The translations under genes and the position numbers were made by a program. DNA of 50,183 bases from a virus (lineage: Duplodnaviria > Caudoviricetes), in IMG/VR virus record IMGVR_UViG_3300030118_003880, positions 1-50,183 of that record. One strand, given 5' to 3'. Below, piece by piece: positions 35,246 through 44,155 of this stretch. Position 1 is the first letter of the stretch. Each line of letters begins with the position of its first letter. The notes beneath the pieces were generated by a model. The model saw only the letters and a list, made by a program, of their open reading frames with translations, was not told the DNA's origin and did not search any database.

Positions 35246-37202
35246 CTCTTGCCGACGCTTCTAGCACCGCACCTTTAGCGACTTCGGCAATTTGCGGCAT
35301 CATGTTTCTAACTTCCGCCCTTACGGTTGGAACAACGCCGGTTGAAAAATTAATATCTTGTTGTATTACTACCGGTGGTCCACCACCGCCAACCGCATTT
35401 CTTGTATTCATAGAATTTAAAAGATTTCCCGTTGTGTGTGGTACAAATATTTCCGGTCCACTTTCACCAACTAAAGTAGGCATATTCATATGAACCCTAC
35501 CGCCACTTTGACCGGTATCGGTTGTAGCTTTTTTGACTTTCATGCCGTCGGGGCTAAATTGTAAAGTGTCAAAAGTACCCGCACCAAATATACTATTTAA
35601 AATTGTGTTCACTACCGCTAACTGCATAAATGTAGCTATTATTTGTGAAACAAGTGTTTTTGTAAAATCACGGAAACTTTCTAAAGCATCTTCACCGTCT
35701 AATAAAGATTTTACAAAATCGTTTGTGAAAGAATGTGCGGCTTGTGCAATTGCATCTTGCATATGTTCGGACATTGTTGCGGTTTCTTCTAATTCTTTGG
35801 GTACATCAAGTTCCACAAACTCTTTCATACGGTCTAATTCATCATCGGTAAAAAATAAAGCACCGTCTTTATCAACTACGCCTTTGAAGCCCAAGATCAT
35901 ATCTACGGTTTCTTTAAGTTTTTCGGCGGGATCTCTTGAATCTTCAAGAATTTTCTCCATTTTTGAAAGATTAGATATTTGGTCGGTCGTAGCCGTTTTT
36001 TGACCTTTTTCATCTAATTCTATGGACTTTTGTTTTTCTTCATTTATTGCTTGAAGCAACCTTATTTCGTGTGTACGTAATTCCTTAATTTCGTCAGCAT
36101 GATCTTGAAATCGTCTTGTGGTTGACAATTGCAAAGAATCTTTTGTACTTACAACAAAATTCTTTTGTACGTCCATTGCGTCTTTTTGTGCTTGTTTTAA
36201 CCTAATTATTCTAGCTTGAACTTCTGCCAATAATTCTTTGTCTGTCTTGGCTTCGGTAAGTTCAACTTCGCTATCATCGGCTAATCTGACAAATTCGCCG
36301 GATCCTTTTGTTTCACTTATGCCAAGATCCGATAAAGTTCTTTCATTACGCAAATCACGTAGCGCCCTAGATATAGATTCGGCAATGGAAGTCATACGAT
36401 CCGCCATTCGTTTTAGCATATCGCCTATGCCGGATTTAAATAATTCGTCGCCTAAAACTTTAAATGCAATTTGCATATTGGACGCTTTAGTAGATAGGTT
36501 GTCCATTTTGGACATCATTGCACCACCAAAGTCCCTTTCAAGAACTTTTAATAATCCTTCTTGGATAATTCTTGATCCTTCCGCCGTTTGACCAAAAGTA
36601 GAAAGTTCGGTTCTTGATTTTCCTATTTCTTTTTCTAACCTACCGAATATATCAATACCCCTATCGTTGATTCGGTTAAGTTCTACAAGTGAAGCACCAC
36701 CGGCGGCGGATCTTTGGAAGAATGTAATTAAGGCTTCAAAAGTACCTTTTTGGTCCGTAGCAATAGAAGCGGTATCCGCAAAAGTTTGAAGCATTTTTAC
36801 GGTAGGTTCTATACCCGCACTTTTTAAACCTATAAATGCTTTTGTGACATCATCTATTTGGAATGGTGTTGTTTGTGCGAATTGTGTGATTTCCGCAAGT
36901 GCTTTATCCCCCGCTTGTGCGCTTCCAAAAACAATATCTAAAGAATCTTTAAGATCTTCAAATACCATACCGGCTTGTGCGACTTTGTTAAGTGCGGTAC
37001 CAATACCGGCAACGGCGGCGGCGGCGGCTAACGCTTTACCTTTTATACCGGCTAATGCACCGGCGGTAGCGGCACCGGTGGCTTTTGCTTTACCGCTTAC
37101 ACCACCAAGATCGCCTTTAAGCCTACCTAAAGCCGCATTAAGGCTTTTGGTATCCGCCTTGATCCGTACTATTAAACTATCTAATTCCGTTCCTTGTGCC
37201 AT
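35211..37202 (-). CDS. Tape measure protein
   Basis: L.VRIKADT, FAQTTPFQ, C-terminal GG.V.....LVGE.GPEIFVP. Confidence 0.9.
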   Translation of the reverse strand: MAQGTELDSLIVRIKADTKSLNAALGRLKGDLGGVSGKAKATGAATAGALAGIKGKALAAAAAVAGIGTALNKVAQAGMVFEDLKDSLDIVFGSAQAGDKALAEITQFAQTTPFQIDDVTKAFIGLKSAGIEPTVKMLQTFADTASIATDQKGTFEALITFFQRSAAGGASLVELNRINDRGIDIFGRLEKEIGKSRTELSTFGQTAEGSRIIQEGLLKVLERDFGGAMMSKMDNLSTKASNMQIAFKVLGDELFKSGIGDMLKRMADRMTSIAESISRALRDLRNERTLSDLGISETKGSGEFVRLADDSEVELTEAKTDKELLAEVQARIIRLKQAQKDAMDVQKNFVVSTKDSLQLSTTRRFQDHADEIKELRTHEIRLLQAINEEKQKSIELDEKGQKTATTDQISNLSKMEKILEDSRDPAEKLKETVDMILGFKGVVDKDGALFFTDDELDRMKEFVELDVPKELEETATMSEHMQDAIAQAAHSFTNDFVKSLLDGEDALESFRDFTKTLVSQIIATFMQLAVVNTILNSIFGAGTFDTLQFSPDGMKVKKATTDTGQSGGRVHMNMPTLVGESGPEIFVPHTTGNLLNSMNTRNAVGGGGPPVVIQQDINFSTGVVPTVRAEVRNMMPQIAEVAKGAVLEASARGGAFRRGLSGG

Positions 37203-37204
37203 AT

Positions 37205-37417
37205 CTAGTCGGGGTATAATTCCATAAGTTCTTTCATTCTATCGGACGTCATTGGTTCGGGTTTTTCGTCGGGTCCGGCGTGAAATTGTTTAAATCCGCT
37301 TACGGCAAAATAAACTTCTTGTGGTGATAATTGCCAAAAATCAATAGGTCGCATACCCATCATTCCTACGCAAATTTTATAAAAAAGTGACCAATCTATT
37401 CGGTCATTACCGGTCAT
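37205..37417 (-). CDS. Tail assembly chaperone T (frameshift extension)
   Basis: MGMRP.DFW.LSP.E and LMELYPD; in the -1 frame of the upstream gene. Confidence 0.8.
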   Translation of the reverse strand: MTGNDRIDWSLFYKICVGMMGMRPIDFWQLSPQEVYFAVSGFKQFHAGPDEKPEPMTSDRMKELMELYPD

Positions 37418-37758
37418 TTGTCGGGATTTTTTTTTACATCTGAATCTTCATCAATGTCGGTTAAGGCACCGGCAACCATTTCGGCTACCTTGACCGTTGC
37501 TTTTGCAATGCCTTCTTTGGTCAATAGTTCTTTGATTTTGGCTTCGTTAAAATCATTGCCACCACCACGAAGGGCGTGTAAAAGAATGACAATAAGCCAA
37601 TTTATGCGTACACGTGCATTAGTAAGATCCGTCACGATCTCTATAATTCCAAGACCTAATTGCGTTTCTATCTTGACTAACGCATCAATTGTTAATCTAG
37701 CTTTAAGTGTTTCACCACCTATAACTAATTCTACTTCACCCGCTAGTGGATTCATCAT
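37414..37758 (-). CDS. Tail assembly chaperone G (GTA gp10-like)
   Basis: NPL.GEV.L.IGG...RLT..AL..IE; GGAG RBS. Confidence 0.8.
   Translation of the reverse strand: MMNPLAGEVELVIGGETLKARLTIDALVKIETQLGLGIIEIVTDLTNARVRINWLIVILLHALRGGGNDFNEAKIKELLTKEGIAKATVKVAEMVAGALTDIDEDSDVKKNPDK
37427..37435 (-). other. -1 ribosomal frameshift slippery site (A AAA AAA)
   Basis: GTA AAA AAA AAT; the -1 frame reads KSRQ-MTGND into the T ORF. Confidence 0.7.
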
Positions 37759-37972
37759 CTGATTTCTTCTCCTTTTCTTGACTTGCACCTGCAAGATTAA
37801 GACTTACCATTGCACCACCTAATATTCCGTGTGAATGTAAGACTTTCATTTCTTTATTATCTACTTTGATAGAATCGCCAACTTCGGCATACGGCATTTC
37901 AAGAACATTGTCCTCTAATCTACCGTCTAATGAAACTTTGCCTACTTTAACTTTTACTTGTTTCCAAGCCAT
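37736..37972 (-). CDS. Hypothetical protein
   Basis: 78-aa ORF between the major tail protein and the chaperone. Confidence 0.6.
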   Translation of the reverse strand: MAWKQVKVKVGKVSLDGRLEDNVLEMPYAEVGDSIKVDNKEMKVLHSHGILGGAMVSLNLAGASQEKEKKSDDESTSG

Positions 37973-37984
37973 ATTCTACCCTTA

Positions 37985-38428
37985 TTATAATGCCGCATAT
38001 GTAATATAACCGGCTGATTCAAAACTCATTGAATAAGTCACTTCCCCATTATGTTCACCCGCATATTCAAGCGAAGTAATTTGGAAAGCACCTGTCAATT
38101 CCCCGAAATGTGGGATCTTAAATCTAAAGTTAGTAAAAGCCGCCGTGTTTGCGTTTGTTCCATCGGTAGTATTTTGTTGTGCGAAAAAATCCGCCCTTAC
38201 ATTTTCTTCCGTTGCGGAATCTGTAAACACACCACTTGCGGTTATGGATACACTATTCATACCCGCACCCGCTAATAATGCACGGTGTCCTAAACTATCT
38301 TTATTGGTTATATCTACGGATTCGTCATTCAAAGTTATTGTTGTTGATCTAAGACCACCAATTGTCACATAAGTAGATCCGGTGGTATTGACCAACAAAA
38401 GCATATCTAAACCTTTTTGTGCCGCCAT
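37985..38428 (-). CDS. Major tail protein (GTA/TP901-1-like)
   Basis: MAAQKG, GGLR.T.ITLN.E.VDITN, G.FQITSLEYAGEHNGEVTY.MS.ESAG. Confidence 0.9.
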   Translation of the reverse strand: MAAQKGLDMLLLVNTTGSTYVTIGGLRSTTITLNDESVDITNKDSLGHRALLAGAGMNSVSITASGVFTDSATEENVRADFFAQQNTTDGTNANTAAFTNFRFKIPHFGELTGAFQITSLEYAGEHNGEVTYSMSFESAGYITYAAL

Positions 38429-38446
38429 AGTTTTTCTCCTATAAAA

Positions 38447-38848
38447 TTAGCTTCCTAATATTATTGCACGGAATCTCATAACACCATGTCTTGTAATTCC
38501 ATCTGGATCTCTCATTATGTCACTAAATTCAAATCTAAGGTTAATTAAATTAAATCCCGTGACTGTTAGATTAATATTGTGAAGCAAATCGTGTATCTTG
38601 TCCATAATTTGCTTCGTTTCTTTTGATCCTTTGTATTGTGACCAAACATGAATATTTACGGTAAAGTCGCCGCCTTGTATATCTTTAACACTAAAATCTA
38701 CCGCCGTTTCTTCACCTAATACGATATATGGATAACTTGCACTTTGCGGCACATCATCAAAAACACCACAACTTAAATCGCTTGTGACGGCGCTTACATT
38801 CAATGCGGAAAAGATTGCTTGTTGTAATGGAAATTGACCTATACTCAT
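38447..38848 (-). CDS. Tail terminator (DUF3168-like)
   Basis: LQQAIF..L, VFDDVP...YPY, HVWS, TRHG.MRFRA. Confidence 0.88.
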   Translation of the reverse strand: MSIGQFPLQQAIFSALNVSAVTSDLSCGVFDDVPQSASYPYIVLGEETAVDFSVKDIQGGDFTVNIHVWSQYKGSKETKQIMDKIHDLLHNINLTVTGFNLINLRFEFSDIMRDPDGITRHGVMRFRAIILGS

Positions 38849-39309
38849 TTTTTACCTATCCCCCTAAATGCACCCCTTCTTCTAAAAATACGTTTTATTT
38901 TGCTTTTATTTTCTTCTAACGTAGGGAATAAAAATGGTCTAGGTTGCATTTTAGTAGTACCAAATTCTAAAGATTTTGCGTATGGTGCCGACGCTATTAT
39001 TGATCCTATTGCACCACCACCCGCCATTGGTCTAACTTCTATATTAATATTGTTTTTTAGTTCGCCCATAAAAGTAGCCGGTGGATCAAAAGGTCTTGAT
39101 GCGGTACCTTCTATTCTTTGACCATTGAAATATCTAACATATGGTTCGCCTTTACCTGCTTGATTAAGTTTCTTTACAACGTTATTTTTTACCATATTTA
39201 CCGCCGTCAACATTCTTTTTTGCATTACGGCAGATCTTTGTATTCTAGTTAATTTATTAATTAGACCGCCCGTACCTTCAACCCTAAAATCAAAATCACC
39301 CTTTGCCAT
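38845..39309 (-). CDS. HK97 gp10-like tail component
   Basis: YA..LEFGT.KM.PRPFL.P. Confidence 0.85.
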   Translation of the reverse strand: MAKGDFDFRVEGTGGLINKLTRIQRSAVMQKRMLTAVNMVKNNVVKKLNQAGKGEPYVRYFNGQRIEGTASRPFDPPATFMGELKNNINIEVRPMAGGGAIGSIIASAPYAKSLEFGTTKMQPRPFLFPTLEENKSKIKRIFRRRGAFRGIGKK

Positions 39310-39638
39310 TAGCTTACTTCCCCCTCATTGCAAACTAATTTATAGAAACGATCCCTTTCATCAACATTTATTATTTGACGAATATTGAATAATCTATTTT
39401 CGTATTTGATTCGGTATGCGGTAGAAATATCGCTTCTATGACGGATAAATATGTTGTGTGTGGTCCTATCTTGGACCTTGCCTTGTCTATATTGTTCCGC
39501 CCCACTTTGCGGTCTTATATCGGCGAATATTTGCGCTATTGTGCTATATGATTGTGACCTACCACCACCACCGTCGGCGGTGTCAGTAGCTTTTTGCAAA
39601 TCTACTTTATATCTTAATCTTCCAATATTTGTAGCCAT
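39309..39638 (-). CDS. Head-tail adaptor / closure protein (SPP1 gp16-like)
   Basis: IGRLR..V.LQ....DGGGG, TH.I.IR.R.DI. Confidence 0.88.
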   Translation of the reverse strand: MATNIGRLRYKVDLQKATDTADGGGGRSQSYSTIAQIFADIRPQSGAEQYRQGKVQDRTTHNIFIRHRSDISTAYRIKYENRLFNIRQIINVDERDRFYKLVCNEGEVS

Positions 39639-40294
39639 TAGCCAACGGACATCAAGCTAGAAGATCCCAACCCTTTATGTATGACATATGGTGCATACAA
39701 ACTTTTTAACATTGGTGGGTAAGGATTTTTCGCTTCGTACATATCCCCTCTATGTTCGTATAAATGCGCTATATGTTGCAAAATACCTAATCTAATTGGT
39801 TCGGGTATAGAATACACGGAAGAATATCCGGATACATATTGTACTTCTATTGCATTTGCTACACGTAAAGCGGAAGGAAAAGTCTCACCGGTTCTAAGTA
39901 CAATTCTTGCCGGTTCCCTTGCATTATCAAGATAATATTTACTTGCGGCAAAAACCGTTTCTACGTCGCTATCACTAAATGTTTTGACGTGTGTAATAGA
40001 AATCACCGGTCCTTTTGCTAAGACTAAATGATTCTTGTAATAATTTAAATATGGTCCTTGTCTTACGCCTTCCCATAATGGATCTTCCATTTCATCTACG
40101 GAATCCCAAAATTGTTGAAATGTAGTAGAAACCAATGTTCTACCCATATGTTCTTCGGCGAATCTTCTTGCGGTTTCTATCAATGGTCGTAAAGTTCTTT
40201 CATCGGTAGAATCTTCAACCCTTAGATATTCTTTGACTTCTTGTAGTGTGACGGGTTCTTGTGCCGGTTCGGTATGTACTTTTATGCCACTCAT
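39638..40294 (-). CDS. Head-tail connector (gp6-like)
   Basis: EPVTL.EVK.YLRV, AHLYEHR; start at 40294 coupled to the upstream stop. Confidence 0.88.
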   Translation of the reverse strand: MSGIKVHTEPAQEPVTLQEVKEYLRVEDSTDERTLRPLIETARRFAEEHMGRTLVSTTFQQFWDSVDEMEDPLWEGVRQGPYLNYYKNHLVLAKGPVISITHVKTFSDSDVETVFAASKYYLDNAREPARIVLRTGETFPSALRVANAIEVQYVSGYSSVYSIPEPIRLGILQHIAHLYEHRGDMYEAKNPYPPMLKSLYAPYVIHKGLGSSSLMSVG

Positions 40295-40476
40295 AAGACC
40301 AACACCCCTACTAATTGTGATCCAATGATTAGAATATATATACCCCAAATCATTTGCTCTAGGCGGACAAATTTAGCGGCACCGGTATTTAAACGATCTT
40401 CAATTTGCTTATAACGTAAAGCACATATTTCTTCGTGTTGATCTATTCTATTTTTTGCCGTCTTTCTTGTTGCCAT
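40291..40476 (-). CDS. Small protein with C-terminal TM helix
   Basis: HEEICALRY..I coiled region plus hydrophobic tail. Confidence 0.6.
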   Translation of the reverse strand: MATRKTAKNRIDQHEEICALRYKQIEDRLNTGAAKFVRLEQMIWGIYILIIGSQLVGVLVL

Positions 40477-40714
40477 CGCTTTTCTCTTGAATCAAAGTTT
40501 CTTCCGAAAGTTCTTTTCTAATTTTTTGAATTAGACTTTCTTCACTTTCTTTCAATATCAAGTAGTCAACCGATTGTTTTTGTAGATCTTCTTGCACTTT
40601 TCCTAAAAGGAAAAAAGCCCTTTGACCATCATCGGAAAATTTATCTACTTCATATTCATTCGTAGAGCCGTCTGGCATTTCTTCCCTAAATAATTTTTTT
40701 CTATCTTCGGACAT
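40448..40714 (-). CDS. Hypothetical protein
   Basis: 88 aa, AGGTG RBS. Confidence 0.6.
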   Translation of the reverse strand: MSEDRKKLFREEMPDGSTNEYEVDKFSDDGQRAFFLLGKVQEDLQKQSVDYLILKESEESLIQKIRKELSEETLIQEKSDGNKKDGKK

Positions 40715-40716
40715 TT

Positions 40717-42552
40717 TTAGATTGTATCACCTATATACCTACATGACCATATTGTCAAACTATACTTTACACCGGCTTTCAATGGCAAACATTCGTGACC
40801 ATGCGTGACCGCACTTGGAAATAATATACACTTTCCAACGGGAATATCTTTGTTTGAAATGCCTTGTCTTGGATATATAAGTTCCGCACCTTCATAATCA
40901 TCATTCAATTTTATAGATCCGGTGACCAAACTTGCGTCGTGGTGTAAAGCTAATTTGACTTGTGTATCCATTGCATATCGCATTACAAATCCGTCCCTTA
41001 GACCATACATAAGCAACGGTTTCCAATATCTTTCTACCAACGGCACTATTTCGGCTTCCCAATGCTTTTCTAGTTCTTCCCATAATCCTAATTCTTTCAT
41101 ACGGATCTCTTGTGCCGGAAATTTGTCATATTCTAAAGATCCCCAACCACCATGCTTATCCGCTATTTCAATAAGCCTTTCACATTGTTCTTGCGTCATA
41201 AAATTACATACAAGCATATCTTTTGTAAGATATTCAATTTGGTTATAGTGCGGTATAAATAATGGTGATGATTGTGGATAAAATTCATCATATAAAGAAT
41301 TAAATTTTGGCATTGCGCTTTCGCCACCGTTTCCATGATAAATACATGGACAAGTATTGGTTTCGGGATTGTTTAATTGATTGCCTAGCTTTTGTGTATT
41401 GTCAAAGTTCGTTTGAAATATATAACATTCATAATCTATTGATATATCGTATTTTTTAGATAAAAAGCATTTGTGAACATATAATTGATCATCGTCGTCG
41501 TCGGCTATTACGTGATCATTAAAAAGCCTTTTTAGTTCACCAACCCTACCAACATATGTACCACTATTAATATATTTAAATTGTGTTGGTGCATCGGGAA
41601 ATTGATCGGCTAGTTTTGGATCCGGATAGCAAAACAATTCACCACTAAATACTATTTCACTATCCATTTGAATAAATCTTTCATGTATTGTTTCTAAATC
41701 ATCGGCATAAAAAACGTCATACGCGTCGGTGAAAACAACTACATCTTCGGATCTTTTATCTTCAAGCCATTTTTTCATCAAATTTATTTTCATGCCGCCA
41801 CCCATGAAAGACATATCCGTACCTTTCCAAATAACATTTGTACCAATGTTTTCTATATCTACATTGTGAAATGTTGCGCTTGTATTTAGCTTAGAACACT
41901 TTTTTCTATCCGTGCCACACGTGACGGCGTGTATTTCGTAATTTCTAAATTCTTTACTATCTTCTATATCCGAAGATGAAATGTCCCTTGATATTTGATT
42001 ACAAGCGTCTTGACGCAACGCAACAATATTCAATTTGCCTTTTCTTATTTGTTCCGGTAAAAATTCGTCAACGGGAATAAAATCTTTGTAATCTACCGCA
42101 TCAACTAATTTTTGTGCGGCATTAGGTGTAATTTTATATGCCGTCATATTATAGGGATAATATGGTACTTCTAATTTATCATCTATGACCGTAGTAAGAT
42201 CCGGTTCATTTTCGTTTCTTTGTAGGTAAACAAAATCATAATCTAGCGATTCAAAATAATCTTCGTCCCAATGATTATTAATTAGCGCATCATCTTCCAT
42301 AACAATAATAGGTTCGTTCAAATATATACATCTATTCCATGCGCCAATATGGGAAAGAAAACAAGCGACTTCATTTTGTTGTAATGGTCTATTTTTATAT
42401 GGATCATGCCAATATTTCCTAGATTCTATAAATCTAAAATTCTTTTGTTTACCATCAATAGCTTCAAGATATTCAAAGTCACTAAGACCATTTGTTTGAA
42501 ATGAAACTTTACGGTCCGGACGTCTTAGAAGCGATATAACGACTTTTTTCAT
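40717..42552 (-). CDS. Fusion of GT25 (COLGALT-like), PLOD/LH3-type glycosyltransferase and lysyl hydroxylase (2OG-Fe(II))
   Basis: GT25: ISL.RR.DR, AIDG, ACFLSH, MEDD, PVDEFLP. PLOD GT: GGG.K, FTDAYD, YINSG, DDDDDQL, HGNG. Lysyl hydroxylase: FVMRY, HHDAS, DYEG, THGHE. Confidence 0.88.
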   Translation of the reverse strand: MKKVVISLLRRPDRKVSFQTNGLSDFEYLEAIDGKQKNFRFIESRKYWHDPYKNRPLQQNEVACFLSHIGAWNRCIYLNEPIIVMEDDALINNHWDEDYFESLDYDFVYLQRNENEPDLTTVIDDKLEVPYYPYNMTAYKITPNAAQKLVDAVDYKDFIPVDEFLPEQIRKGKLNIVALRQDACNQISRDISSSDIEDSKEFRNYEIHAVTCGTDRKKCSKLNTSATFHNVDIENIGTNVIWKGTDMSFMGGGMKINLMKKWLEDKRSEDVVVFTDAYDVFYADDLETIHERFIQMDSEIVFSGELFCYPDPKLADQFPDAPTQFKYINSGTYVGRVGELKRLFNDHVIADDDDDQLYVHKCFLSKKYDISIDYECYIFQTNFDNTQKLGNQLNNPETNTCPCIYHGNGGESAMPKFNSLYDEFYPQSSPLFIPHYNQIEYLTKDMLVCNFMTQEQCERLIEIADKHGGWGSLEYDKFPAQEIRMKELGLWEELEKHWEAEIVPLVERYWKPLLMYGLRDGFVMRYAMDTQVKLALHHDASLVTGSIKLNDDYEGAELIYPRQGISNKDIPVGKCILFPSAVTHGHECLPLKAGVKYSLTIWSCRYIGDTI

Positions 42553-43148
42553 ACTATGGCATACATATCGCTATGTTCGGTGTAAACAACGTATCCATGA
42601 CGTTCTAAGAACGCCCTAGCATATACATCGTCTATATGTGCGTGTTCTATTTTGATAAATGTTGGTTTTACGTTCCAAGAATAGCTTTCTAGGATATTCA
42701 TTTCATGTCCTTCGGTATCAATCTTCAAATAATCAATTTTTTCAAAGCCACGTTCCTTATATTTAGAAATTAGGCTATCAAGTGTCATACATTTAACTTT
42801 GTACTTCTTTTCTATGAAATCTTTGTTGTTTTCAAGGTCAAATAGCCTTTCTCCCTTATGATTGTCCGAAATAACGCTAGATATGCCCCTACGCCATAAT
42901 CCTAGCCCCCTAGACCCCTTAGAAGTGTCCATTGCTTCCGCAAAATCTACTTCACCGTTAAAATCGCTTATTGCTACCGGTTCTATGTATAAATTATGTC
43001 TATATGGATTATCCATGACAAGTTTTTCTAAATTATTGCGATATTTGTCCGCCGGTTCGCACATAATACCTTTCCAATCGCCGCTAGTGATTAGATCTAT
43101 ATTTGTTTCAAAATCACAACTTCCTATTTCTATAAATATCTTTTTCAT
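42549..43148 (-). CDS. FkbM-family SAM methyltransferase
   Basis: FIEIG, WKG...EP, AISD, TLDSL, IDYLKIDTEGHE. Confidence 0.88.
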   Translation of the reverse strand: MKKIFIEIGSCDFETNIDLITSGDWKGIMCEPADKYRNNLEKLVMDNPYRHNLYIEPVAISDFNGEVDFAEAMDTSKGSRGLGLWRRGISSVISDNHKGERLFDLENNKDFIEKKYKVKCMTLDSLISKYKERGFEKIDYLKIDTEGHEMNILESYSWNVKPTFIKIEHAHIDDVYARAFLERHGYVVYTEHSDMYAIV

Positions 43149-43717
43149 TTCCATTTTGGACCTTCTACCCATGCTACCAACGATTTTCTAACGCCTTTTT
43201 TTACATTTGTCACTTTATGTCTAATCGGCGATGGAAAAACTAATATTGTTCCTTTTTGCCTTAATGATTTTGCACTTGGCGGATCATATTGGGGATCAAG
43301 TATAAAATCACCACCTTCATAATCATTAGAATCACTTAGTTGTATTGTAATACTTAATTTCCTATCAAAAGTAGAAGAATTGCCCCAAAAGGTATCAAAA
43401 TGCCAATCGTAATGACCATCATCTTTGCCATCATAAATTGTATATTGAATATCATAAATATCACTTATATCTACACCAAACGCATAACGATTAGCTTGAT
43501 TTGCATAATAATATAAAAGATTAGAAATAAATTTAGATCCTTCGTCTAATGGATCTATCCATCGGACAATAGATCTTCTTATATGTGAATTGACTTGACC
43601 GTCGGCACCAAGACCGGTTTGTGCTTCATGTGGTTTATAAAGTTCACACTCTTGGATTATTTGATTTATTTTTTCGTCCGACAATTCGGATTCCCACATT
43701 TGCCATATGGCTTTCAT
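43145..43717 (-). CDS. 2OG-Fe(II) oxygenase (prolyl hydroxylase/PKHD-like)
   Basis: WHFD (HxD), RKLS..IQLS, YEGG, VFPS..RH.V, RKSLVAW. Confidence 0.9.
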   Translation of the reverse strand: MKAIWQMWESELSDEKINQIIQECELYKPHEAQTGLGADGQVNSHIRRSIVRWIDPLDEGSKFISNLLYYYANQANRYAFGVDISDIYDIQYTIYDGKDDGHYDWHFDTFWGNSSTFDRKLSITIQLSDSNDYEGGDFILDPQYDPPSAKSLRQKGTILVFPSPIRHKVTNVKKGVRKSLVAWVEGPKWK

Positions 43718-43739
43718 AAAACACCTCTTGGTTCGTCAA

Positions 43740-43748
43740 AGTATAGCA
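43740..43748 (-). promoter_or_regulatory. Extended -10 promoter upstream of the modification enzymes
   Basis: TGcTATACT on the - strand, 22 bp before the ATG at 43717; GAGGTG RBS. Confidence 0.5.
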
Positions 43749-43782
43749 TATAAAAAAAATTAAAAAAAAGTTGATAAAAGTG

Positions 43783-43811
43783 TTGACATATATTCCAATA
43801 TGACATATTCT
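43783..43811 (+). promoter_or_regulatory. Strong promoter of + strand island 2 with operator-like box
   Basis: A-tracts, TTGACA-17-TATTCT; box ATTCC-AATAT-GACAT at 43792-43806. Confidence 0.7.
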
Positions 43812-43844
43812 GTAATAGTAATTTAATAAAACGGAGAAAATAAA

Positions 43845-44135
43845 ATGGAAAATTACTTAACAAAAAGAGAATATACCGGCGCTAACGTAGATACTTTACT
43901 TGAAGCCGGATACGAAGAAGGCGACGCATTTGTCACTTTCAAACAAGCCCTAAAACTTGACGGTGTAAACGGCAAGAACTTGAAGGGAATTAGAAAAGCC
44001 GCAACTTTGTTTTTCTTCAAAGAAAAAGAAGATAAAGAAACAGGTGAAGTTGTGAAAGAAAAAAAATACTTTAGCGTCTTTGATGTAAGGGAAGTATTTG
44101 CAACCGTAGAACTAAACAACAAGAAGGTAGCCTAA
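43845..44135 (+). CDS. ArdC N-terminal-like ssDNA-binding protein
   Basis: N..T.R.Y.G.N...L, F.TFKQA, F.VF pattern; GGAG RBS. Confidence 0.55.
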   Translation: MENYLTKREYTGANVDTLLEAGYEEGDAFVTFKQALKLDGVNGKNLKGIRKAATLFFFKEKEDKETGEVVKEKKYFSVFDVREVFATVELNNKKVA

Positions 44136-44153
44136 TAAGCTACCTTCTTTTTT
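44121..44153 (+). terminator. Intrinsic terminator overlapping the stop codon
   Basis: AAGAAGGTAGC-7 nt-GCTACCTTCTT perfect 11-bp stem plus T-run. Confidence 0.8.
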
Positions 44154-44155
44154 AT

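Noticed and set aside
35211-40294. Gene transfer agent cluster
   Set aside because: The tail genes are GTA-like, but the circle has its own replication, recombination and lysis genes and no host flanks
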